64,000 nucleotides of DNA from Eukaryota sp. TZLM1-RC (GCA_040285825.1 JAUPSS010000003.1:2418001-2482000), one strand, 5' to 3'. Positions 9,778 to 22,799 are shown, numbered from the stretch's first letter. Translations and numbers: made by a program. Notes: generated by a model not told the origin, from the sequence alone.

Positions 9778-12700
9778 ATGAAGACAGTGCTGTTCTTTCT
9801 GGTGACGCTGGTACTATCGCTTGCCCACCCTACTCTCCCAGGTCTTGATCGTTATGTTTCTCTCCTGGATGCTGCAAATCAGGATGGAATGCTTAACCTC
9901 AACATTGAAGAAGATTACCTCATATTCAAAGTTTCTGCCAAAATTGCTGGAAGTGTTTGTCGCCTCACCGATCAAGAGCTTACCTCCTTGCTGAGAGATC
10001 CTATGTCTGTCCAAGATTCATCATATTACGTCAACAAGAACCACGTTTTCAAAAAAGTTTGTAACTCTGATCCATGTACTGTTGTTGAGATAGAGCCCCT
10101 CTCAGCGTTCTCCTATCTCAAGCTTTCCTACCAAAATACCGATCCAAAGTGGGCATTTGATTATAACTGGAACTACGACGACAGTAGCCAGGTTGCAGAA
10201 GAAGACTTCAACTTTGGCCGAATCACTCTTAAGGATACCTACTTTAGAGCCTCTTCCCAGCTCTTCCTGGAGTTTGATTTCAACTTTTTCTCCGGAGTGA
10301 AGAAATGTGAAGGACGCTTTGTGCAAGGTGTTGAAGCATCTATAGGCGTTGAAGCTGAAGGACATTTCCAGCGTCAGTTCAACCATCAATTTGAGCCAAA
10401 AGAGATTGCTGAATTCACAATTTCAATTTTGTTGATCCCAATAACTATTCGTTTAAGGCTTGGCGTTGGATTTACTGCTGATGTGGATAGCCAAATGAAT
10501 ATTGGTTCTACGTTTACCCTCTCAAACGACAATGCCGAACTTACCATGGGTTACAATGACTACAAAGGGTTCTACCATGACTATAGCTTTGGAAAAATGC
10601 ATACCACATTTGAGAGGAATATTGATGGCCAAGCAAATGTCAAGGTTGAACTAAATGTTACTCTCTCCATGGACTTCTTCTCAAACTCTATCATCTTCTA
10701 TGGGTCACTTATCCCAGCTCTTGATCTCACGGTTGCTACTGCTATTTGTCCTGAAGTTCTGCATTGGCTTGTTGACTTTCTTCTAGATGTGGACTTAGGA
10801 ATGTCTGATATTACTATTCATCTGTTTTCCCGTGATTTCAATTTTAATACTGCCACAGGTAGAAGATTTCCTCTCATTGAGCACAATATTATAAACAATT
10901 GTGCTGATAAAGTTCCTGTTGATGTTGTTGCTTCAACGATGGATGAAACGGCTCCTGAAGAGTTTATTTTGCAATTGGAACTTGAAAGAACGTCTGGTGG
11001 TGAAGACATCTCTAACTATTATTATCGTTATGGAAGAACATCCACTGCCTTATGTGGAGATCCTTGGCGTTGTAGCATTGATGATTTTCTTTTTGTTAGA
11101 CCCAACAATCAAATTGTTATCGAAATCTGGCGACGTCGTAGATTTTGGTTTGATTCCTACGTTGGCCGAATTCGCACAAGTTTTTCAGAAATTGGCCAAC
11201 GGACCTTCACTGGTACAGGACGTAGAACAACCATATTCGTCTCCAAAACCAAGGAAATCATGCCCAACACATTTATTTCGACTGATGTAGTCGCATCTGA
11301 AAGTCAGTTGTTCCAACTTGGTAAATACCCAGAACCAGATGAATGGTCCAAGAAACGCTTCATCTGGGGAGGATCAATTGTGCCACGAATGACGTCATTC
11401 ACTGCCCCTTCTATTCGTTCGGATTCCAGAGAACTCATTTATTCCGAAAGCAGAGGTGAAAACCTTTTTCAACCAACTTCAAGGATGGTAATTATCAGTT
11501 TCACCTGCACTCGACAATACTCTAACCTTGGTATACGTTTTAGCTCTCAAAATATTGACTGGAACGGAATAGATCAAAGTTCAGACTCGTTCACACTGTA
11601 TATAAGAAGACCATCATCGGGTACGATTCAACTTTATGAAAATCGTTGGTTTTCAAACCCAACTATCACTTCTGTTTGGTTGAGTCTACCGTTTGGTTAT
11701 CGTGCAGGTCATATAATCAGTGAAACCGGAAGTACCAGTGATTCTAGGTGTACTTTGACAGTTGAAGTTGAGTATCCACCATTTTTTGTTGAGTTGTCCA
11801 ATCCTGATGGATGGGTTAATACATACCCAGTAATCTTTATTCTTTCTGACGACCTTTCTGATGCTGGTTGCCAAAATGTCATTGCAGATGGATTTTACCA
11901 CATCGGCAGTGTTCCATCAGGAGAGTTTTACCATGTAACTGGTCGTTGGTATGATGTTGTTGATGAAGATAAGGTCTCAACTACATCACTTCTTGTTCAA
12001 AATCCAGCAATTATTATTTCAGTTGTTGAACAAAAAACCTGTCTCACTCGTTATACCTTTTCCTCAATTGGTGATTCATTCTTGGCCAAAAGAGTTGCCT
12101 TCATTGTGAATGTTCCCCGTCTCTGCACCACCTACGTTGAAATTCCCAGTGGTATGAAAGGTTCCTTCACTAGACTGCATGGTGAGTTCTGGCACTCTGA
12201 TATTGAGTTTGAAGCTCCTTCAGAAACCGAAAAGTTAGTTATTGAGAATCCTCAAGCCACAAACTTTGAAGCTGTCGTTATTTATGAATGTCAAAGTGCT
12301 GAATGCAGTGGCCCAATTGAACAACCCACACACGAAGTTGTGTTGTCCTCAGGTTCACCCTACCTTGCTGTCTCCCCTTATCAAACAGATTTTTCTACCA
12401 AGTCCTCATGTGATGAATGTAGAGTTGAATATGAACGGTATACAGATGAAGATGTACATATTATTACGGATGATGATTCTTTCACACTAACTCAAAGTGG
12501 GCACTTCATGTCTCCTCAATGTCAATTCCGTGTTCAGACAAATCCTTCAGTTGAAGGCTTTGCTACCTTCACCTCCACTTGTCACTTTGCGTCTGGTGAT
12601 GAGGTTACTGTCCCGGAGAACGGTAAAGCTAACATAGACCGTAGTATGGTGCAACTTTCCGATTCAAACACTGGATTCGTTGTGTTTCATAAACCTTGCT

Positions 12701-13386
12701 TGTACTGCAATATTGAAGGTTCAATCTATTCTGGGGATCATTCTGTTATTTTTGTAAAAGATTTCCAGTCTGTAGATTACTACACTGTTTTCTCCAATGG
12801 ACCAGCTTACACCAACAAGCTTTTGTTCAAGGAGTGGACTCCTGCCTCTATTGAATGTGAAACTGTTGGTTCTATTGTTGAATGTTCTTTATCTTCTCCC
12901 AATGTGTATGCTCCAGAAATTGAAGATGCTGAGTTTCAAAAGACTGCAATTAAGTTGACTAGAAATGGTCAAAATGTTGCTTTTATTAAAGCTCGATTGG
13001 AAACACCTTCCAAACTCCTAATTGAATTGTCAGAAGCTCAAAGAGCAACTATTGAAGTGGAGTTCTCTTCAGATACTGTTCTTTCGAATGAGAAGGTGAA
13101 AGGTACCAGCCATTATACCAATAGCTTTCCCATTTTGGTTTTGCTGACAGCAATTGTTGTTGTAGCAATTCTAGTCTCTGCATTGTTATGGTTGCTTCGA
13201 AAGGATAAAACCGAGGCAGATGCTGCTGAGATGACCAATGTTACGGCTCTTCCTTCAGTTTTTGATGTAATTTTTGATTTACAATCTTTATATCCAGTTG
13301 TAACAGGTGATGCTCCCAATATTACAGCTCCAAATTTTGCTGCGTCCTTTACTGATGTTGATGTTGATGCTGAAATAGCGGTTTGA
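9778..13386 (+). CDS. Large single-pass type I surface protein (1202 aa), paralog of 25062-28658
   Basis: Signal peptide MKTVLFFLVTLVLSLA (start chosen by alignment with the paralog); beta-rich Cys-containing ectodomain; TM PILVLLTAIVVVAILVSALLWLL followed by RK; short tail. Confidence 0.88.
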   Translation: MKTVLFFLVTLVLSLAHPTLPGLDRYVSLLDAANQDGMLNLNIEEDYLIFKVSAKIAGSVCRLTDQELTSLLRDPMSVQDSSYYVNKNHVFKKVCNSDPCTVVEIEPLSAFSYLKLSYQNTDPKWAFDYNWNYDDSSQVAEEDFNFGRITLKDTYFRASSQLFLEFDFNFFSGVKKCEGRFVQGVEASIGVEAEGHFQRQFNHQFEPKEIAEFTISILLIPITIRLRLGVGFTADVDSQMNIGSTFTLSNDNAELTMGYNDYKGFYHDYSFGKMHTTFERNIDGQANVKVELNVTLSMDFFSNSIIFYGSLIPALDLTVATAICPEVLHWLVDFLLDVDLGMSDITIHLFSRDFNFNTATGRRFPLIEHNIINNCADKVPVDVVASTMDETAPEEFILQLELERTSGGEDISNYYYRYGRTSTALCGDPWRCSIDDFLFVRPNNQIVIEIWRRRRFWFDSYVGRIRTSFSEIGQRTFTGTGRRTTIFVSKTKEIMPNTFISTDVVASESQLFQLGKYPEPDEWSKKRFIWGGSIVPRMTSFTAPSIRSDSRELIYSESRGENLFQPTSRMVIISFTCTRQYSNLGIRFSSQNIDWNGIDQSSDSFTLYIRRPSSGTIQLYENRWFSNPTITSVWLSLPFGYRAGHIISETGSTSDSRCTLTVEVEYPPFFVELSNPDGWVNTYPVIFILSDDLSDAGCQNVIADGFYHIGSVPSGEFYHVTGRWYDVVDEDKVSTTSLLVQNPAIIISVVEQKTCLTRYTFSSIGDSFLAKRVAFIVNVPRLCTTYVEIPSGMKGSFTRLHGEFWHSDIEFEAPSETEKLVIENPQATNFEAVVIYECQSAECSGPIEQPTHEVVLSSGSPYLAVSPYQTDFSTKSSCDECRVEYERYTDEDVHIITDDDSFTLTQSGHFMSPQCQFRVQTNPSVEGFATFTSTCHFASGDEVTVPENGKANIDRSMVQLSDSNTGFVVFHKPCLYCNIEGSIYSGDHSVIFVKDFQSVDYYTVFSNGPAYTNKLLFKEWTPASIECETVGSIVECSLSSPNVYAPEIEDAEFQKTAIKLTRNGQNVAFIKARLETPSKLLIELSEAQRATIEVEFSSDTVLSNEKVKGTSHYTNSFPILVLLTAIVVVAILVSALLWLLRKDKTEADAAEMTNVTALPSVFDVIFDLQSLYPVVTGDAPNITAPNFAASFTDVDVDAEIAV

Positions 13387-15027
13387 AATAGTGTTGGAAA
13401 ATAAAAATTAGTTAACGAAGCTAGATGACGTTTTGCTTACAATGTTTTCCAAATAGATAGAACTTCTGTTTTTTAATTTTTTCAAGGTTAAAAATGATAA
13501 TGGTTGTTGGTTAGTGCGTTCAGAGATTACATTTCTATTCTAAACATTCATTGTTCACAAACGACCAAGCGTTTATGGGACCATCTCTTATGTCGTCTCT
13601 TTGCTCACAGACCAGTAATTTCCCTTTCCTTAATATTGATAATTATTTAAAAAAAACAGCCTTACCCATTTCACTACAATAAACATCCCTTTTTGCCGCA
13701 TCTTCAATTTTTAAAACAGCAGTTTATAACGTGGCACGTGTAGTAGAGTAATTTTAATCAACACAATAACGGTCCTGTTTTCTGTGGACAGCTGTGATGG
13801 ATTGACATAAAGTCATGATCAACTCCAACATATGTTTTTCAGTGAACAATGGGTAAAATGCTAACAAATTCTTATGCTCGACAGACAGCGCAGTACAACC
13901 AGTCAATAATGATTATAAAAAAATATTGTTCAATGCCAATAGTTGACAAAAATTACTGTGAAGGGTAAACATTTTTATTAAATTTAAATTTTTTTCAATC
14001 AGTTATGTTGTTCCCTGTTGGGTGTTGAAATAAGTGGAAGTTTAAGTATCATTGAATTTTTGTCAATCCACTTGTAATACAAGGATCCATTTCACAAAAA
14101 TGAAAAGTCGAGCAGTTCGTCGTAAACAGTTCTGCACAATAATGATTTTATAAAAAAACACTGTTTTTTTCAAGTTGTTGGTTTGAATAAAATATCGACT
14201 TATGCTGAAGTAACACTTCAAAAAGAAACAAGTTTCCAGAATATAGTCAATAAGATTGTAGCAGACAGAAAATGTTGTTTCAACCGGCATCTGATGTTAT
14301 AATACTGCGAGGACGAGAAATAGAATGGAACAATTGTCCAATACCCTATATAACCAAACCAAGACGACAGATTTTCTAGGTTGAGGAGACCTCAAGGACC
14401 ACACATTATATGCAGAAGTTGTGTATTATTTCTGTGTAATCTAACCAAAAACTATTCAAAAACAATCATCATAATGAGAAATGCGAAAAAAATAATGTTG
14501 AACAACCAAACAGAAACTACTTACTTGATGTTGGTGAGATGAAAGGATAATACAAAAACTAATAACTGATACTAAAAAAACTAGCACTAAAATGTGTAGA
14601 CACTATGGCGATGGGATTGATGTTGGCAGTATAACTATTCATAAAATCCTATTTATTTAATATATAAGTGAATAAATTAATTTCAATTATTTTAATTGAA
14701 AGAAGATAAAACATTTGTTAAAATTTTAGTTTTACGTGTTAATACGTGTTAAGGATTTCACCAACCTGTTGACACTGTTGAACCGGAATATTTACTCACT
14801 ATGCTCCCAATTACTTCTTCCTGGTTAGATACATGGATAAAAATTCACGAATGATTAAAATCGTGAAAAATCAATCAATTCCCAGTGATTTCTATGAAAA
14901 AACAATCAGTTTCTATCAATCACCTTTGTAGATAAGATTTCCCAGAAGATGACTCTACTGGGTTCACTTAATTAAATTTAATTAATTTAAATTGTTCTTA
15001 TGGTCGCCAACTAAAAAACTCTCATTG

Positions 15028-15649
15028 TTACTTAGTGAAACCATCCATATTTTTGACACCCTTATAAGTCATAATAATACCAATGAACATGACAGACGCG
15101 ACACCAAGAAACATCAAAGTGATGACAAGGTATGAATTGAAAGTTGAAGGTTCTTTGCAAACCCAATCAGCGTTGAGATACCTAGAGTAAGATGACTGAA
15201 ACAACATACCAATCAAAGGTCCACAGAGTCTCTCTGTCTGTATAACATTCGGATTCGGGGAAGTCGGATCCTATTTGGACTCTACTGTCACCATATTTCA
15301 TGTCTTTATCACAGTAAAAAGTGATCTGAGTGGCATAACGTTCACCACTTATAATACCGCTATAGCATCGATCACCTTCAGTGATGAGGATGGTGGGATT
15401 GTTCTTGTCCAAAAGTCTGTCAATCCTACTACCAGTGTTATCAGTAGCCCAACGAGCACCGAAACGAGCACAAGCAACGCCGTCACCTTTACATTCATGA
15501 GGGAATGGGCCATCTGCACATGGTGTAAGCCAGAAAGTTCCAACCACATTGCCTTCTGAGACATCGAGTTCTACGGTTTCCATTTGACATAGATCATCAA
15601 AAGTAAATGCCCAGGTGACGCAAAATAGAAGAACAAAGATGTACAACAT
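15028..15649 (-). CDS. MRH (mannose-6-phosphate-receptor homology) domain type I membrane protein, ATG27/MPR-like; 197 aa, one 28-nt intron (15182-15209)
   Basis: Signal peptide MLYIFVLLFCVTWA; EGDRC...RYATQITFYC...ESEC...FDW...C pattern of MRH domains; splicing GTATGT...CTAG joins the TM exon. Confidence 0.75.
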
Positions 15650-16948
15650 AAAGATAGGGGTATCCTTCTGAGAAAATGAAATCATTCAATTGCAGATGCA
15701 GCTTTGCAATCCCTCTCTTCGTTACCCATAAATGATTATAATGCTGATCAAGAAATACCAGCAATAGTACCTATAAATTTATCCATTGATTCACCGAATA
15801 ATAAGTGTATATTTTGTACCAAAAATTTGGGCATGAATTCTTCTGGCCGACCATTACGTTTTTGCGTATCCTGTAAAGCTGTTGATTCCTTGAGGCCTCC
15901 AATACGTGTTCCATCACAAGTAAGTCCTCTTTCTTGCATCCCCTTTTCAATTAGTTTTCGAAAATTTACTATTAATTTAAAAAAAGGCATATGGGATGTA
16001 ACACCGCTATGGAAATTTTTTTTTGCTTAAAGAAAAAAAAATTATTGTCATCGAAATCAAAATTCCGTCCTTAAGTAATGAAGAAAGAAAAAATTGTTCG
16101 AAAATTAGCTTTAAAGGGACGCTATGGTTCCGCTAAGCAATGCCTGTTTTCCTCTGAACTTTCAGAATGTAATGAAAATACTATTGCTCAACTAAAGAGT
16201 CTCCATCCTGTTGAAAATTTTAAGTGAAGTTATTGGGAGCAAAATCCCGTAACTAATGATGAACTAATTAAATTGATTAACCACTTACCATCTGGAAAAG
16301 CGCCTGGTCCATCAATGATCACTTTTGACATGTTAAAATCCACGATAAACCAATGTCCTGAATGTATTGATGATTTGGTTTTCTGTTTCAACAAAATTTT
16401 AACATTAAAAATCAAGCTTCCATCTGAAATGACAAGTTCACGCTTAATTGCTTTAAAATGGAATGAATCAAAAATAAGGCCTATTGCAATTGGTGAATCT
16501 TTGTCTCGTATTCTTGCTTCAGCTGTGTTTGGCAGGATTGGTAAAAAAGCTAAAGATTTTTTTAGTCCTTTCCAATTTGGAATTAAAACAGTTGATGGTG
16601 CATCTTCTGCAGCACTCTCTTCTGATGTCTTTTTTAATTCCAATACTTCGAATTATATTTTTAATTTAGATTTTAAAAACGCTTTCAATGCAGTGAAGAG
16701 GTCGTCCATCTTGCCCTTGCTTCAAACTCATTTTCCAGAAGCTGAGTCGTTCTTTTACAATTTTTATGGCTCCAGTCGACTCTTGTTTATGAGGAATTCT
16801 ATCTAATATCATCATCTGGTGTCAAACAAGGTGATCCATTAGGTCTTTTCTTTTTCTGCCTTGCTATCCATCCTTTAATGTGTGAATAAAAACAAGAATT
16901 TCCAGATGTTCATATAACTGCTTATATGGATGACATATCAATAATTGG

Positions 16949-17253
16949 TCCAATTGATTCATTGAGAACAATTGCTGAAATTGTTCATCAGCGCTATTAT
17001 CAAATTGGTCTTTCTCTAAATATCTCCAAATGTTTATTGATTGGTAGAGAGCCTGCTGATCTCATTATTGATGATCAAAGTGTTCCTTTTATCAATTCCT
17101 TTTATCCAATTGATTCATTGAGAACAATTGCTGAAATTGTTCATCAGCGCTATTATTAAATTGGTCTTTCTCTAAATATCTCCAAATGTTTATTGATTGG
17201 TAGAGAGCCTGCTGATCTCATTATTGATGATCAAAGTGTTCCTTTTATCAATT
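16949..17253 (+). repeat. 156-bp in-frame tandem duplication inside the RT region of family B
   Basis: TCCAATTGATTCATTGAGAACAATTGC... starts at both 16949 and 17105. Confidence 0.9.
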
Positions 17254-18504
17254 TCTGAATCATGATTTCGTTTTTTAGGTTGTTATTTAGGCAACTTTGA
17301 TGAAATTCAAAATCAACTTTCCTCTCTTTTGGATAATTTTGAAGAAGAATTGATGGTTCTTTCAGATTTAAATATTGAAAAACATCTTAAATTTTTCTTC
17401 CTCAGAATTTGTTATTCAGGGAAATTTACTCATATTTTACGATCAACATCACCATCAATTTCTCTTGAATTTTGCAGAATTTTTAATGAATTAAGAACAA
17501 AATTTTTGGCTAATTTGCTTGATATTGATTCTTCTTTTTTACGTAGTCATGTTTTTTGTAGCACAGAATTGGGAGGCCTGGATTTTCACAAATCAAAATA
17601 TTTGTGTAAAGCCGCATTCATCGGTGGAGGAAAAAATTTCGTCTTTGAATGTTTGAAACGTTTTCCTGAAAACCAGCATTTAATAGAATGTTGTGTCAGT
17701 GACTATTTAGTGTCCTTGCAGAGTGAAATTGAATGCATCTCTCCTCACATATGGTCCAAATGCTTTCCTGCTGATATTCAAGAAATTCCACCCAGGAGTT
17801 TGATTTCCTTGAAATTTGCATATGCTAAATTGCAGAAAAAGATATTAAAAGTTTTTGAAAACTTGGATTTCACTGTTCGTCTTAGCTTGGCTAAAGAAAA
17901 GAATCCCGTTTTTGCAAACTTTTTAATTGACCTCAAGGATAGTAGCTCAAGTTGGCTTATTTCCCAGATTCCAAATGTATATGGTCTATTATTAAATGAC
18001 AACATCAATGGACAACTGCCTTCAGGATGAGGTGTTTCCTGTGGCCATGTAGTGTGCCAAATGATTTGATTTGTCGTTGTGGTCAGCTCATTAATCTGAA
18101 TCATTTGTTTAATTGCAAATTTAATATTACATATCGCTCAGTTGTTCACGATGCTGTTAGAGACCAACTATACGCTATGTGCAAAAGTCATCACATTGAA
18201 GCTTTTGTTGAACCACTTGTGCGAAGGTTGTCATCTGAAAATGAAGATGAAAATACTTTTGGGAAACGCTGTGCTGATTTAATTACCCCTGCGTCTGATG
18301 GTGTTATTAAAGTTGTTGATGTTGTCACTGTTGATGTTTGTAAAGACTCAGCAATTGACTTTGCTAAAAGAGATGAAACTCCACTTTGCTTTGCTGAAAA
18401 GAGCAAAATAAAAGAGTACAATGAACCCTTATCTCAGCTAGGACGTGTTGAACATGTCAAGTATCAGTTGGTTCCATTTGCTGTTTCTCTTTTTGGTAAC
18501 ATTG

Positions 18505-20333
18505 TAATCGTATTTATTGAATTTGCACACTTGATTAAATTAAATCATAACTAATGGGACGACTATCATTAAACCAAGATTTCCTCTACAAAATCTTGAT
18601 TTGCTTGCTGTCTAGCTAAAGCTTCTCTAATTCGATTGAAAAACCGCGGTAATCTATTAATAATGGCAAATTGAATCCGTGAACGCCATAAAAAAATATC
18701 AAATCTTTTCATTGTTTTTTCTTTCACCATTTTTTGGAAGTCATCCAAAAAAGTTTCTGCTTCAACTGATAATCTTCCATTTATCGAAAATGGGAAAGCA
18801 ATAAAAACCAGCTGTGTATTTCTATCGACATTTGCATCTTCAATTTCTTTATCATATTTTCTATGTTTTTCTTTTGCTTTAAAAATCCAGAGCAGCCACA
18901 GGATTAAGTTTTCTTCTGTGAACCAAAGTATCGTTTGCAACATTACATGAGACAAAGTCAACAATAGCTTCAGAATTATCAATCCAATCACAGTATACAT
19001 CACCTCTATCATCAGAACCAAAATTATTCAGAGAAAGTGTTTCCTTCAGCAGGGGCTCTTTGATACACGATATCCTTGCAGTTTGTGCCATATTGAAAAC
19101 AGTGTCTCTAACAGCATCATGTAATGAAGAACGATAAGTTATCAATTTAGAGCAATTTAGAGCATGGCGCAAAGTGAGTTGAGGTGAATTCGAACAAATA
19201 CATTTTTCTTTTGATAATAATTGGTTAATGGGGATGTTCAAATATAATCTCATTTTTGTTACAAATGCTTCATTAGTGGCACACAATCCAAATCTTCGTG
19301 GTACAATGGTTACAAAAAGTGAAGAATCTGACGCCTTGTTTTCACAAACACCCTTTTCCAATAACAATGAGTGAAGATCTTGATTTAAAACAGCCGAGCT
19401 GCAAATATTATTATAAAGATCTTTTCATACATTCCAGTCAATCTTTTCTGTAATGTTCGAAGAGTGTACTTCAAATTTAAAACATTTTTTTCTGGAATAT
19501 TGCCATTGAATGATTGGGGAAAACATCGACCCCATTTTTCTACATCAATTCTTGAAATTTCTTCATTTAATGCAAAAACAGTGGAACTTTGCGTTGTCAT
19601 CAATAAATCTTCCCAATCTGCAAATCTTTCGGAAAACTCAAAGATTGCATTTCTGCATCCACCAACAAAAGCACACGAGGTAAGAATAGAAGCCTTCGTC
19701 CACCCTAAACCACCATAATGTGGACTAAGGTAAGCATGATCTGGAATTTGAAACATTTTACAGCCCAGTAATTTAGACAGAACTTTTGCACGTAACTCAT
19801 TAAACTTTTGAGCCAAAGGTCTAGTGACGAGAGGATTTGTAGATCGAAATATATGATTAAAATTGGAACTAAAACACAGTCTTATAATGGAAAATTTGAT
19901 GTGTTTTTTTATATCTAAATTCATCATTCGGTCAATTTTGTCAGAAATTGAGTTCAACTTTTCAAACAATTTTTTGGTAATTTCATCATTATTTCCTAAA
20001 AACGAACCCAAATGACGAATAGCATCAATTGAATATAATTTGGCTTGAATTTCAATATCATCAATTATTGTGGAAACTGGAGAATTCGATAACAAAACAC
20101 ATTTAAGTAAATTAAGTCGGAGACCAATTTTGGCAAATAATTCTTTAAAACATACAGTTGCTTTTTTCACAATATTTAAATCACCAATAAGCACAACATC
20201 ATCCATATATGCAATCATTTTTAGTGAAGGAAACATCTCTTGAATTTGCAGTAGAATAGGATGAATGGCCAAACAAAACAAAAGAGGTCCCAACGGATCT
20301 CCTTGCTTTACGCCACTTGATGAACTCAAAATG
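18505..20333 (-). mobile_element. 5'-truncated CRE-like non-LTR retrotransposon family A, inserted antisense into family B
   Basis: GVKQGDPLGPLLFCLAIHP, AYMDD, CIC...HALNC, RGDVYCD...VDF, EK.RKY; 12-bp TSD TTGGTAACATTG at 18493-18504 and 20334-20345. Confidence 0.95.
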
Positions 20334-20859
20334 TTGGTAACATTGGAATATCCGGCATTAAATTTCTTGAAGGTTTCAAAAGTTCAATAAAAGAAAGAGC
20401 AGGAAAAGAATTGAACTTCAATTTCTGGCACAATAAAATTGTTTTTGGTATTCTTAAAGCAATTCCAGATATATTGACCAAAGCACTGTTACAATTAGGA
20501 ATAGAGTATGAAAATCGCGCGCTTAAAAGATTTGATGATGTTGATGCGTGTATTGAGGATATTGAGTTCTAGTTTTTTGTTTAATGTTTTGTTAGTGTTG
20601 AAAATCAATTTCAATTTATAAAAAAATACCTGCTTTATGGAACTTCTAGAGTTATTAGTGACTTCATTTTAGCCCAGTGTAACCAATGTGTATTTAAATT
20701 TTGTGGTCAACAAAGATAGAAATATCATGGGGAGAGGCTTAAATGTGTTGCAAGCTCAGTATGTCACGTTGATTGTTGATAGCAAAGATTTTTTCTTTGG
20801 TAAAAATACGAATTTTATACTGAAAAAACAACTAAACAGAACAAAAAAACCAAAAAACA

Positions 20860-22799
20860 TTATTCCTCTTTCTTTCCACTACACGCCTTTCTAATACTGA
20901 AGGAAGTAACAAAAGCGATCGCCAAAAGACCACTCATTATCACAAAGGCAAGGTGACCAAGATTAAAGTCGTCAAAAACAGCGTAGAGATTTGGTCCAAC
21001 CAAGCCTGCTATTCCAGAAGAAAGAAAAATCCAAGGGAAAACGGTAGAAAAATTCTCTTGACCCCAAATATCAACCAAACAAACCGGCATTGTGACATAC
21101 ATTGAGCCATATAATGAACTAATGAGGAAGGCACAAATCACTAAGGTGGCGGGATATGCTGCTAACCAAACAAATGACAAAATGAGGATGGATAGAGAGG
21201 CTAAGACTATGTTCATAGTGACTGCAGCACCAAAAACGTCCACAATACGCCCCAGAATGACTCTGCCTATACCATTTCCAATGTTAAAGGCGATGGAAGT
21301 GGCTAGGAAAGTGTATAGCTGAATCTCATCATCTGAATATCCCTGGTTTGAGAGACGTTCAATAGGGAATAAACGTAGAGATCCTAAAAACATAAAGCCT
21401 ACAGAGGTACCAAAAATCATTACAATAAAAGACTTCCAAAACAAAGTTTGCTTTAAAACATCAGATATGCTCAAAATTGCCCGCTTCTTCTCAACTTCTT
21501 CATCAACCTCTACTTCAACACCACCAGTATCAACAGCGAGTTCACTTAAATCGGAAAGAACGCTGATCGACCTCACCATGGATGATCTCCTGCTTGAAGG
21601 TAATAGATCGAGCTCCAAAACACTGCCTTTTCTGGAAGCTGAATGGGAACTGGGGTTGGGGTTGGGGTTGGATTTTTCGCCAACTTTTTGATCTATCTCT
21701 TCCTCATTAATAACATCTAAATTACTACTAAATCTTCTGACTTCTGTTGACGATGACGTGATTGGTGTAGGTGATGACGTGACAGGTTCGATATTTGGTA
21801 CCATGAATAAACCAGTCAAAAATATCGTAATTGGTGCTGTGAAGGAAAAAACAGAAAACACAAATCCAGGTTCGTTGGTCTTGATTAATTGTTCAGCAAT
21901 AGCAGACCAAACCAAACTTCCAGCACCGAATGTTCCTGTGATGAGTTGAAGAGAAGAAGAAAACAGAAGAAAAGAATAGTTGATTGAATATCACGAATTG
22001 AAAACCTTCATTATTGTTGAAACTTAAAAAACGGAAAAAAGTTTGAATTTCGCTCGAAATAATAAAATAATAATAATTGAAACACCAAAGACATAAATGA
22101 CTAAAATATCGAAGCAACCTATGGATGTACTGAAAAAATCAAGAAAATTGCCAAAGACCTCATGTGCTGAACAATTACCATAGACAGCTAAGCTAATACT
22201 CGATACAACCAAATTAATTAGCAACTAAATAAATAGCAGAAATATAAAATGAAGAAATAAAGAATTCGTGAAAATTTCTCCAACAACTGAGTCCAATCAA
22301 GAAACCAATCAAACATACCGACAGATACCCCAGTTATTAACCCTTTTGCTTCAGGAAAGTAGCTCATCGACACACGTAGGGCAACTATATAGGAAAAACC
22401 AATTGCAGCACTGACGAACAATCCCATTCCTGAAATAAATAATTAAAAGTAATGAATACCTATAGTGACAAGCCAGACATCTGTGCCTTGGTTAAAGGAA
22501 CATATGGTGAAGCCGAGAAACATGAAGATTGAGGTCATTGTGGTGAGGAAACGGTACGTGTAGCGACGGAGTGAGATACTGGCAAAGATTGGAAAGATTC
22601 CGACAACTAGGATGATACATGACCATACCCGTTGAGAGACAGCAGCTCTCCAACCATAGTCATTAACCAAATGAGGGATAAGTGTGGGGAATGAGTAGGA
22701 GATTCCGAGAGATAGTTGGAGGAAGATGAAAGCACTGACCACGACAGAACGATGTTTCTGAATAAGAGACCTTATGGAGTCTTGATGGAGGAGGTTCAT
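20860..22799 (-). CDS. MFS transporter, OFA/MCT-like (508 aa); exons 22799-22460, 22429-22319, 21935-20860
   Basis: About 12 hydrophobic helices; YFPEAKGLITG.SVG.FGAG, GRVILGRIVDVFG and WGQENFS motifs; GT-AG introns of 30 and 383 nt keep the frame. Confidence 0.88.

Larger units (their letters stand above)
15700..20572 (+). mobile_element. CRE-like non-LTR retrotransposon family B, near full-length but decayed, interrupted at 18505-20333; 5' boundary approximate
   Basis: N-terminal CxxC...CxxC; RT motifs KAPGP, RPIAIGE, FQFG, DFKNAFN, GVKQGDPLG, AYMDD; CRCG...HLFNC knuckle; RLE (ADL...VVDV...AEKSK..Y); reading frame resumes after the TSD and ends at TAG 20572. Confidence 0.92.

Noticed and set aside
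21650-21671. GGGGTT repeats / G-quadruplex-like run
   Set aside because: Encodes NPNPNP in the MFS central loop
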